A stretch of 64,000 bases of DNA from an uncultured Chloroflexia bacterium (GTDB lineage: Bacteria; Chloroflexota; Limnocylindria; Limnocylindrales; CSP1-4), in assembly GCA_963748625.1 (NCBI GenBank), contig CAVVJT010000003.1, positions 224,001-288,000 on the forward strand, read 5' to 3'. Made by a program: the position numbers and the translations under genes. Below the pieces are notes generated by a model. The model did no database searches. It saw only the letters and a program-made list of their open reading frames with translations, and was not told the origin of the DNA. Below are positions 30,122 to 38,700 of this stretch, piece by piece (position 1 is the stretch's first letter; each line of letters opens with the position of its first letter).

Positions 30122-30180
30122 TACTCCTTCCAATGGGATTCGCCCCGCTGACGGCATGCCGATGCGGAGCCGAAAGGCCA
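30122..30180 (-). ncRNA. Putative S6:S18 autoregulatory leader RNA
   Basis: cctttcgg can pair with ttggaagg, covering the SD; inner stem ctccgc/gcgggg; CCC/CCA in the 3' internal loop; 5' of rpsF. Confidence 0.5.
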
Positions 30181-30323
30181 CGGGAGGATAGCACGGGCGC
30201 CCGTGAGGACCTGGCGTGACCGCTCTTCCTGTGTCAAGGCTGATCGTGCCCCTTGGCTCCGCCCGTGTATTCTTCCGCCGACGGTACGCCCGGACGGGAT
30301 CGGGCGCCTTCCCTGGGGGCTCC

Positions 30324-31529
30324 GTGCAGCTGTCCATCCTTCTCCTCGCATCCGACCGCAGCGCAGCGCAGGCATTGGCAGACCCGCTGGCTGCGGGCGG
30401 CCACGGCGTCTCGGTCGTGACCTCGCCCGCGGAGCTCGCGGTGGCGGCTGGTGGCTACAGCCTGGTCATCGCTGACCGCGCCGGGGCCGCGGGAACGCCC
30501 GCAGAGACGATTGCGCTGCTCAAGGCCTCGCCGTCGACCGCCACGCTGCCCCTGCTTGCCGTCGCCCAGACCTCGAGCGTGGAGGAGCAGATCGCCCTCC
30601 TCGAGGCCGGAGCGGACGAGGTGATCACACGGCCCTTCACGTCGGCAGAGCTGCTGGCCCGCATCGAGGCGATGACGCTGAGCGCGGCAGGGGCGTCAGG
30701 CGCCAGCTCGGGCAGGGGTATCGGCGACCCTGGCGGCAAGCGGGTCATCGCGGTCTTCTCCCCCAAGGGCGGCGTGGGGACGACCACCATCGCCTGCAAC
30801 CTCGCGCTGCTCGCCGCCGAGCGTCACAAGAACCGCACCCTGCTCATGGACCTCGACCTGTCGTTCGGCCAGGTCGCGTCGCACCTGAACCTCCAGCCGC
30901 GCCAGACGCTCTTCGACCTTGCCCGCGACGACATGGCGCTCCACGACGCTGACCTGTTCCGCACGTATACGATCCAGCTCGCCAGCGGCCTCCACGTGCT
31001 GGCCGCGCCGCCGTCCCCAGCCCTCGCGACCACGGTCAAGGCCACGCATGTCGAGCTGGCCCTGGCGCGGGCGCTCGAGGCCTACGACGTTGTGGTCATC
31101 GACTCCGGCACAGCCATGGACGAGCGGCACACCGACGTCTATGGACGCGCGGATACCGTGCTGATCCCCGTGCTGCCCGAGGTCCCGGCACTCAATGCCG
31201 TCCGCCTCCTGATCGAGCAGCTGTCCGAGACGGGGCAGCTTGGGGCCCAGACGCTGTTCGTGCTCAACAACGTCTTCGCCCGTGAGCTGCTCAAGCGCGC
31301 TGACGTGGAAGCGGTCCTGGGCGCCAAGATCGCGGCCGACCTCCCGTATGACCCGATCGCGTACCTCAAGGCCGCCAACGAGGGCGTGCCGGTGGTCCTC
31401 GGCGCTTCCAAGTCGATCCCGGCGGAGCGTTTCCGGGTCCTTGCCGACGTCGTTCTCGGAACGGTGGCGGCCGCGGCCCCCGTGGAGCCCCCGAAGAAGG
31501 AGAAGCGGGGCCTCTTCGGCCGCCGTTAG
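30324..31529 (+). CDS. Receiver-domain + ParA/MinD ATPase (CpaE/TadZ-like)
   Basis: N-terminal REC-like region (GADEVITRPF), FSPKGGVGTTT, MDLDLSFG and AANEGVP; C-terminal KRGLFGRR amphipathic tail. Confidence 0.85.
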   Translation: MQLSILLLASDRSAAQALADPLAAGGHGVSVVTSPAELAVAAGGYSLVIADRAGAAGTPAETIALLKASPSTATLPLLAVAQTSSVEEQIALLEAGADEVITRPFTSAELLARIEAMTLSAAGASGASSGRGIGDPGGKRVIAVFSPKGGVGTTTIACNLALLAAERHKNRTLLMDLDLSFGQVASHLNLQPRQTLFDLARDDMALHDADLFRTYTIQLASGLHVLAAPPSPALATTVKATHVELALARALEAYDVVVIDSGTAMDERHTDVYGRADTVLIPVLPEVPALNAVRLLIEQLSETGQLGAQTLFVLNNVFARELLKRADVEAVLGAKIAADLPYDPIAYLKAANEGVPVVLGASKSIPAERFRVLADVVLGTVAAAAPVEPPKKEKRGLFGRR

Positions 31530-31669
31530 GCCCGCTCGGCCCGGCGGGGCCTCAGCCGGATCCCGCGCCGGGTTGCTACCGACCCGCTGCTCGATTGCAG
31601 TCGTGGCTGATGCTGCAGTTCTGCTGGAGCTCGGCGGCGCTGATGGCGGCCCCTGCGCCGGACGAGGAG

Positions 31670-31755
31670 TGGTCCCGGGAGTGGGAGTCGAACCCACATG
31701 ACCTCTCGGTCCCTCGTGTTTAAGACGAGTGCGTCTGCCGTTTCGCCATCCCGGG
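31670..31755 (-). tRNA. tRNA-Leu(TAA)
   Basis: Cloverleaf: CCCGGGA/TCCCGGG acceptor stem, CTCGT-CTTAAAC-ACGAG anticodon arm, long variable arm, GTTCGAC T-loop and encoded CCA; TAGACT -10 upstream. Confidence 0.95.
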
Positions 31756-32060
31756 CAGTGCCAAGTCTATGTCCGTGCTAATTCGGATCTGGCCTCTTGG
31801 CGTATGACGTGCCGCCGCGATCGACGAGCGAAGGCCCCCTGCTTGCCCTGCGGATCCGTCCGGCGGTCGAGTGGCAGTCGGGCCACAGGACGCCCAGCGC
31901 GCCCCGCGCGGGGCGACCGTAGAACAGGCCCAGGCGTCAAAGCCGATCAAGCGGCGGCGGGTGAGCGAGCAGGTCGGATGGCGGGAGCCTCCCGGGAGGC
32001 AATGGAGCGATAGAGGTCGGCGCATAGTCGCCTGCCTATCGCGACACTGGGCAGCCGGAT

Positions 32061-33314
32061 TCACTGTGACCGACGAGTCCGTCCGGTAGCGGCCGCCTTC
32101 GCCCGTTTCCCCGCCTGCATCACGTGATCAGCGTCGCGAATCGCGGTATCGAGGGCCGCGAGATCGGTGACCAGGCGGAAGCCCACCGTCGCCGAAACGT
32201 GCAGCTCGCCGACCGCATGCGGGATCGGTGGTTCGACCGCCTCGACAAGCCGTCTCTCGAACGCGGCGGCCGCGGTGCCATCAGCAATGCCGCGTGCCAG
32301 CAGGACAAACTCGTCGCCGTGTAGATGCGCGAGGAAGTCGTGCTGCCGGCATGTCGCTGCGAGCCGCTCACCCGTGACTCGGAGGACGTGGTCGCCGACA
32401 TCAGAGCCGTAGTCGTCGTTGATCACCTTGAACCAGTCGAGGTCGATGAAGAACACGCACACTCCCGACGTGGTCGTCTTGCGCAAGTCCGTTGCGTGCT
32501 CCCGGAGGCTGAGACCGTTCGGCAGCTCCGTCAACGGGTGATGGCGGAGGTGCCAGCCGGCCCGATGCCGGGCGAGAGAGCCGGCGGCACCCGCGTCGAC
32601 GACGATGAAGAGGAACGCGCTCCACCACGCAATACCGACGTAGGCCCCCGCCACCAGCCAGGCCAGCGCCGCCTCGGCAACAAGCATGATTGCCAGGGCC
32701 GACGCTGGTCCAGGGAGAACCGACGCGAACGGGCGGCCCGTGCGGAGCTGAACGAAGACCGTGGCGAGGATGAAGCTGAGACCAGCACCGACACCCGCCG
32801 CGGCCATGAGGATGACGAAGCCCACGAGTGGGCTTGACGCTCCACCGACTGCGGCCCGCAGGCCCTCAAGGACGAGTGCTGCGGTCGTCCAAGCCAGTAC
32901 GGTCATCCCGTGGTTCGCGAGGACCCCGTACCAGGGGATCTCCCCGCGCAGCTCGCGAAGCTCGAACGTGCCAAAGAGCGCAACGAACGCCACAGCCGTC
33001 GGCCCGCCGAGAGCGGCAACGGCGATGAGCGGGCCGAGCGCGAACACCACACCTGCCCGGCCATCCTCAATGAGCCCGAGCGAGGACGTCGCCAGGCACA
33101 CGGCGGTCCACAGCAGGACCCCCAGGAACCGCCCATCCACAGGGAGGGTGTCGACTGGCAGCGCGATCGTCTCTCGTACCGGAACGAGGGCCACGACGAG
33201 GAGCGCGAGGGCCGCACCACCGATACCGATGGCGATCGCAAGCGATCGTACGGCCGGCGGCACTGTTGTCAGCGAGTCCGACGCGCGCGCGGCCGCTGGT
33301 GCCCTTGAAGCCAT
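32061..33314 (-). CDS. Multi-TM GGDEF-domain protein with degenerate HGDEF motif
   Basis: HPLTELPN, FIDLDWFKVINDDYG..VGD and RQHDFLAHLHGDEF motifs. Confidence 0.85.
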   Translation of the reverse strand: MASRAPAAARASDSLTTVPPAVRSLAIAIGIGGAALALLVVALVPVRETIALPVDTLPVDGRFLGVLLWTAVCLATSSLGLIEDGRAGVVFALGPLIAVAALGGPTAVAFVALFGTFELRELRGEIPWYGVLANHGMTVLAWTTAALVLEGLRAAVGGASSPLVGFVILMAAAGVGAGLSFILATVFVQLRTGRPFASVLPGPASALAIMLVAEAALAWLVAGAYVGIAWWSAFLFIVVDAGAAGSLARHRAGWHLRHHPLTELPNGLSLREHATDLRKTTTSGVCVFFIDLDWFKVINDDYGSDVGDHVLRVTGERLAATCRQHDFLAHLHGDEFVLLARGIADGTAAAAFERRLVEAVEPPIPHAVGELHVSATVGFRLVTDLAALDTAIRDADHVMQAGKRAKAAATGRTRRSQ

Positions 33315-33537
33315 GGACCACGACCCCCCTACTCCGGCATCGGACGCCTGACGACACCGTACGGGCGCCGGTACCGGGCCGCCACTACCCGAAAGGGCTA
33401 TGCGGAATCGGGGGCTTGGAATCACAGTGGCTGGGTCGCTGGGGCACGCGCGCACACGGCGCGACACGCTGGACTGCTCAGGTCCCCCGGTGCGCGTGCC
33501 CTGCTGGTGCCCGCCAGATGCCCGCCGGAAACGGAGA

Positions 33538-33557
33538 ACGGGCCCCGGAGGGCCCGT
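33538..33557 (-). terminator. Hairpin downstream of tRNA-Cys 3' fragment (copy 1)
   Basis: acgggccccggagggcccgt; the same hairpin occurs at 42133-42152. Confidence 0.6.
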
Positions 33558-33569
33558 TTTGTGCTCGAT

Positions 33570-33614
33570 TGGAGGCGACGATCGGATTCGAACCGATGAA
33601 TAGAGGTTTTGCAG
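33570..33614 (-). repeat. att site: 3' half of tRNA-Cys(GCA), copy 1
   Basis: Reverse complement ctgcaaaacctctattcatcggttcgaatccgatcgtcgcctcca runs from the anticodon loop to CCA; no 5' half. Confidence 0.9.
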
Positions 33615-33716
33615 CGTTCGACGCCAGGCGCCGTTTCGTGCTCAGAACGGCCGACTTCGGCCGATTCTCTGCGGCCTACGTGCGGCCTATCCGTGTGGGC
33701 CACGCCCTCGACAGTC

Positions 33717-33952
33717 GCCGTGGCGAGGGAGCTGCCGTCCCGCGGGCGGAAGGCATGGCGCCTGGCGAATGCCCGCTCGAAGGCGACCGATGTCAGGTCG
33801 AGTGCGTCGTCATCGCTGACGCCTCGCACGCGTAGGTAGCGGTAGACGGGCAACTGGAAGGGAACAGCTGCCTCCACAGAGTCCGTCGGGTCGCTGATGT
33901 CGACGTCGAGAACATCGGCACCTGCGTCATCGGCGGCTGTCGCTGCGTCCAC
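33717..33952 (-). pseudogene. Truncated ECF sigma factor (region 2 remnant)
   Basis: PVYRYLRVRGVSDDDALDLTSVAFERAF...AFRPRDGS after an AGGAGG RBS; no region 4. Confidence 0.6.
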
Positions 33953-34043
33953 CCCACCTCCCTGCGCTGCAATCCGTCACGCGGGGATAACCCGGTGCGT
34001 GGGCAGGCTCGGACATGTGCGCAGGGTCAAGACCCAGGCTTGG

Positions 34044-35771
34044 TCAGCGACAGAACAGCGACTCAGCGTGATCCTCGCAGTTCGCCTCGTGGGCTCCGCC
34101 GCGCAAGTCAAACAGAACCGGTGCGGAGGAGCCTGCCCTGTTGCGCGCGATGATCAGCAGGCACCCGTCGGTCTCCACGGCAGACTCCTTGTACGTCATC
34201 CGACGGGCCTCGCCGTCCACTGTCTTGAACGGTGTCGGCCAGGTGTAGAACTCGCACCCCGGCCCAGGGGTGTCGTGATAGCCACCGTAGAACTCGAAGG
34301 ACGCCGGCGGTCCCCCCGAGGTTGGCTGCCGCCAGGTGACGGTGTGGCTGAAGCCGCCGCTCCAGGTCCCCTGCACCGAGTCCGCCACCGCCGTCGGCGG
34401 CGACGGGGGCACCAGCCATCTCACCCGAACCTCGCCGTAGCTCGGGCCGAACAGGAACTGGACGTCCCAGGCCAGCAGGGTCCCGATGAGGACCACCAGG
34501 TTGGCGGCGAGCAGGATCTTGGAGAGAAGCTTGGGCGTGAGCTCCTTGAGGTGGCCGATCTTGTACTCCTGGCCGACCCTGACCACCGCGAACGCGAAGT
34601 CGGTGAGGAAGCCCTCGCCCGTGAGGACCTCGTACAGCGCCTCGACGGCGGCCGCGCCGTCGCCCGCCTTCGCCTTCTCGTATGCCTGCGTCCCGGCGAA
34701 TGCTCGCTTGACCACCTCGGCCAGCGGCGCGAGCATCCTCGTGTAGGAGGCTGCCTTGGTCAGCTCATCGCCGCCCGGCAGGAGCCGTACCAGGAGATCG
34801 GCGAGCTGGTACCAGAAGGCCGTCTCGGTCATCCGCGCGCTGGCGATCACCGGCTGGGCCGGCTTGGCTCCTCCGGTCTTGAACGTGATGGTGTCGCCTG
34901 GGCCCGCGACGTCATCCCCTCCGGATGCGGGCGAGCGGATGGCGAGCCAGATCGCCCGCAGGTTGGTGACGCCGATCGTGGCGCGGCCGTCGACCACCTT
35001 GCGGATACAGCCCTTGAGCAGCTTGTTTGCGGCCTTGTTACTGACCTCGAACACGCCGTCGTCGGTCTCGCACTCGGTGGTCAGCGTCCCGACGGCCTCG
35101 AGGAGGTCGGTGAGGTTGCCTGAGGCCGCCTTGCCGATGAACGCGATCCAGTAGTCCCAGTTGACCGTGAACAGGCCCCAGTCCGAGAGGTGCGTGACCT
35201 CGGCCGTCACCGTGTGGGTCACCGGGTCGACGGCCGACGGCACGATGATCCAGCGGCCGGTGTCGCCGTCGCGGTAGGCGAGGACGATCGAGGCAGGATC
35301 CTGGCCGGCCAGCAGGGCACCTGGTTCGTACGGAACCGAGATGGTGACGGGCTTCTTCAGCTTGGCGCCGCCCAGCTCGATGGACCACGTAGGTCCGACG
35401 GCATCGGCGGGCCAGTCGTCGGTGGGGCCCGCCGGGGCGGGCTGGGCGGCGATCGTCGCCGTGGCGGTCTTCTTCAGCGCCCCCTTCGGCACCGTGATCT
35501 CGGCGCCACCGTCGACAGCGACGGTGCCGCCTGCTGCGCCGATCGCGGCTGTAGCGGGGAGCGGGCTCGGAGTCGGACTTGGCGACGCCGTCTGGACTGG
35601 CGAGGGACTCGGGCTGCTGGGCTCCAACGCGGCGGGCGACAGTGCCGCCGACGGCGGAGGACTCGACGCGGAGTCCGCGCTTGGGCCAGGATCCGCGTTG
35701 CAGCCGGTGACGACCAGGACCGCCGCGAACAGGAGCGTGAGGGCGCGGCCCCGGACGCGCTCCCCGCTCAC
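34044..35771 (-). CDS. Lipoprotein with ZU5-like domain ending in a THLS motif
   Basis: Lipobox VVTG-C, Ser/Pro linker, IGAAGGTV...ITVPKGAL...KPVTISVPY...VTHLSDW; GTG start overlaps the upstream stop. Confidence 0.75.
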   Translation of the reverse strand: MSGERVRGRALTLLFAAVLVVTGCNADPGPSADSASSPPPSAALSPAALEPSSPSPSPVQTASPSPTPSPLPATAAIGAAGGTVAVDGGAEITVPKGALKKTATATIAAQPAPAGPTDDWPADAVGPTWSIELGGAKLKKPVTISVPYEPGALLAGQDPASIVLAYRDGDTGRWIIVPSAVDPVTHTVTAEVTHLSDWGLFTVNWDYWIAFIGKAASGNLTDLLEAVGTLTTECETDDGVFEVSNKAANKLLKGCIRKVVDGRATIGVTNLRAIWLAIRSPASGGDDVAGPGDTITFKTGGAKPAQPVIASARMTETAFWYQLADLLVRLLPGGDELTKAASYTRMLAPLAEVVKRAFAGTQAYEKAKAGDGAAAVEALYEVLTGEGFLTDFAFAVVRVGQEYKIGHLKELTPKLLSKILLAANLVVLIGTLLAWDVQFLFGPSYGEVRVRWLVPPSPPTAVADSVQGTWSGGFSHTVTWRQPTSGGPPASFEFYGGYHDTPGPGCEFYTWPTPFKTVDGEARRMTYKESAVETDGCLLIIARNRAGSSAPVLFDLRGGAHEANCEDHAESLFCR

Positions 35772-38700
35772 CGCAGCACCACCAGGGCGTCGAGGCTGGC
35801 CCTCGGGTGGCCCGAGGTCGCGAGGTTGACGATACGCAGCGTGTGCTTCCCTGCCGTCGACCATGTCTTCGTGAACACGATGCGCCGCCACTGGGTGGCA
35901 CTGGCCCGGAGGTCGACCGTGGTGACGTACCTGCCGTCGAGGTAGACCTTGGCCTTCCCATAGCCGGTGCCCTTGGTGGCGACCCAGGCGATGGTCCGGC
36001 CCGTGAACGCATAGGACGCCGATGCACCCTTCGCCTTGGCCACCCGGTAGGAGCCGCCCGAAGCCTGGCTCGAACGACTCGTGGTCCAGGTGCCCCGGTA
36101 GCGGACGGCGCTGCTCGACTGCTGGGTGCGCAGGACGCGGAACGCGGGGCCCGTCTGCGGTGCCGATGGGTTCCCGGCGGCGTCGATCGCGCGGACCTGG
36201 AACCGGTAGGTGGTTGTCTTCGAGGGCTTGAGGTTGCGGGTGATGGCCGTCCCGGTCGGGCTGGCGACCACGGTGTAGGCGCCGCCGTTGGTCGAGAGCG
36301 CGAGCTCGTAGTGGTCGATGCCGCTGCCTCCCGCGTCGCTGCCCGTCCAGGCGAGCGCGACCGGCACGGTCGAGGTGCCCAGGGTCGAGCCCACCGCGAT
36401 TGTCGCCTTGGGTGCCGTCACCACAGGTGGCGTTTGGTCGGTGACCCCAGCGACCACCCGCAACCGGTACGCGGTCGCCGTGGGATCTGGGACGAAGCCG
36501 AGTCCGGTGCCCATGGCGGCCCCGTCGATCGTCGCGAACGAGCCGGAGACGGCGCCGGCTTCGATAAGCGTGACGAGGTCATCGAGTACCGGAACATAGC
36601 CCGAGGCCTGGACTTTCAGGATGCCGGCGATTTGGGCCGCGCCACCGACACGCAACAGGTCGATGTCGCCTGGGTCGAGGGAAGCGATCTCGACCGAGAG
36701 CGTGCCCGCCGGGGCCTGGACGTAGTCGCCGGTCACGGTCAGGATGCCCGGAGAGTCGCCCGGAGCAACCGTGCCAGCGTTGTAGAGATCGCCGTCGAGG
36801 GTCCCCGTGCCCGTGATGGCGCCGCCCTCGACCCGGAGGGTGCTCGCGTCGACCAGGAGGTCCCCGTCGATGGCGAGGGTGCCCGCGGTCTGGGTGAAGG
36901 TGCCGCCGGCAAGGAACACCCTGGCCTCACGAGTCGCCGTGACGTGGAGCGTGCCGCTGTTGGTGAGCTGGAGGGGCGTGCCGCTTGCGCCGCCGCTGAA
37001 GTCCCCGCCCCGGGCGAGGTCGATGGTGCCCTGGTTGTCGATCACCGGGGCGACGAGCCCAATGCGGTATGGGTAGCCGGTCGTCGGGGTGGCGTCGATC
37101 GTGCCGGTGTTCGTGATCGAGCCGGCCCTGATGATCGTGCTGTAGAAGCCGTCGCGGGTGATCGTGCCGGTGTTGAAGAGCGGCCCGCCGCTGGTGTCGA
37201 GGGTGATGGACGACGACTTCGGATCGGTGCGGATCGTGCCGGCGTTGGTGAAGCCGTCGCCGTCGCCCAGGGTGAGGGTGCCGGTCGGGGCCGACGCGAC
37301 GACGGTGAAGCCGGCCGGGAGGTCGGTATCGATCCGCGCGGGCAATTCGGTGAACAGGATGCTCGTCGCGGGCGCCGGAGCATCAGGGGCGACCGAGAGG
37401 GCGCCGCCGCCATCGATCTGGACGGGGTTCCCCGTGATGGCACCGCCGTCGACGCGGAGGGTGCCGTCGACGACGAGGTCCCCGTCGATGGCGAGGGTGC
37501 CGCCGGTCTGGGTGAAGGTGCCGCCGGCAAGGAAGACCCTGGCCTCCCGGGTCGCCGGGACGTGGAGCGTGCCGCTGTTGGCGAACTGGAGGGCGGTAGT
37601 GCTGCTGCCGCCGCTGAAGTCCCCGCCCCGGGCGAGGTCGATGGTGCCCTGGTTGTCGATCACCGGGGCGACGAGCCCAATGCGGTATGGGTAGCCGGTC
37701 GTCGGGGTGGCGTCGATCGTGCCGGTGTTCGTGATCGAGCCGGCCCTGATGATCGTGCTGTAGAAGCCGTCGCGGGTGATCGTGCCGGTGTTGAAGAGCG
37801 GCCCGCCGCTGGTGTCGAGGGTGATGGACGACGACTTCGGATCGGTGCGGATCGTGCCGGCGTTCACCAAACTCGCAGCTTGGGCACTCTGGTCCAGCGT
37901 CACGACATCGCTCGCGCCGTTGATGCAGGCAGAGTGGCCCGCGTCCGGAAGACCCGACGTCCACCTGTCTGCGTCCCACCAGGTCCCACTCCCGCCCTTC
38001 CATGAGGTGTCGCAGTCGACAGCGCTGAGGAATGGCAGGAGGTAGACGGCACTTGCTCCGTCCCCATCCGCCGCCTGGACAGAGGTCCCCAACTGGGAGG
38101 TAGGACTCGACACAACTGCGGCAACAGTCGGGGTCAAGCAACTGGTGGGCGGAGTCGTTCCATTCGGGGCGAGACGGCGATATCCGGCGTGATCGTAGAC
38201 GTCGAAGGACAGCCGAGCCACGGTGCATTGACTTCCGAGGTCTCGCGCCCGGCTCGCCATCGGCTGCCACGGCGGTCGCCACGTGTCCGTGCTCTCCGGA
38301 TACCAGTCGAAAGCAACCTCGGCCACCCACGCGGTGGGTCCTCGTTGCGCCCAGTGCCACTCGCAGCCAGGCGTGGTGGATGGATCACCGGTCTCGTCGG
38401 GCGGGCGGCACGACGCGACGATGCGCCATGTCCGGACCGGGTCGAACCCGGGTAGACCTGTGCCAGTTGCCCAATCCGGGTAGTAGGCGGTGAAGTTCAC
38501 CTGCTTGATGGGCGCACTGTCCGTCAGCCGCGCCCGGTAGTGCACGGGCTCGTTGAAGCGAATCTGATCCAGCCACAGCGACGCGCCTCCGATGGCAGGG
38601 CACTCGACCGCGTCGTCGCACCAACTTCCGCCGGGGTTGCCAACGAACGCCCGGAGATCGCGTGCTCGAGCCGGGCCGGTCCACCAGGTGAACTTCTCGT

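Noticed and set aside
31670-31755. bldA-like regulatory role for tRNA-Leu(TAA)
   Set aside because: TTA is expected to be rare at this GC content, but nothing in the window shows TTA-dependent regulation.
31760-32060. Small ORFs between tRNA-Leu and the GGDEF gene
   Set aside because: No RBS, atypical composition and no recognisable motif.
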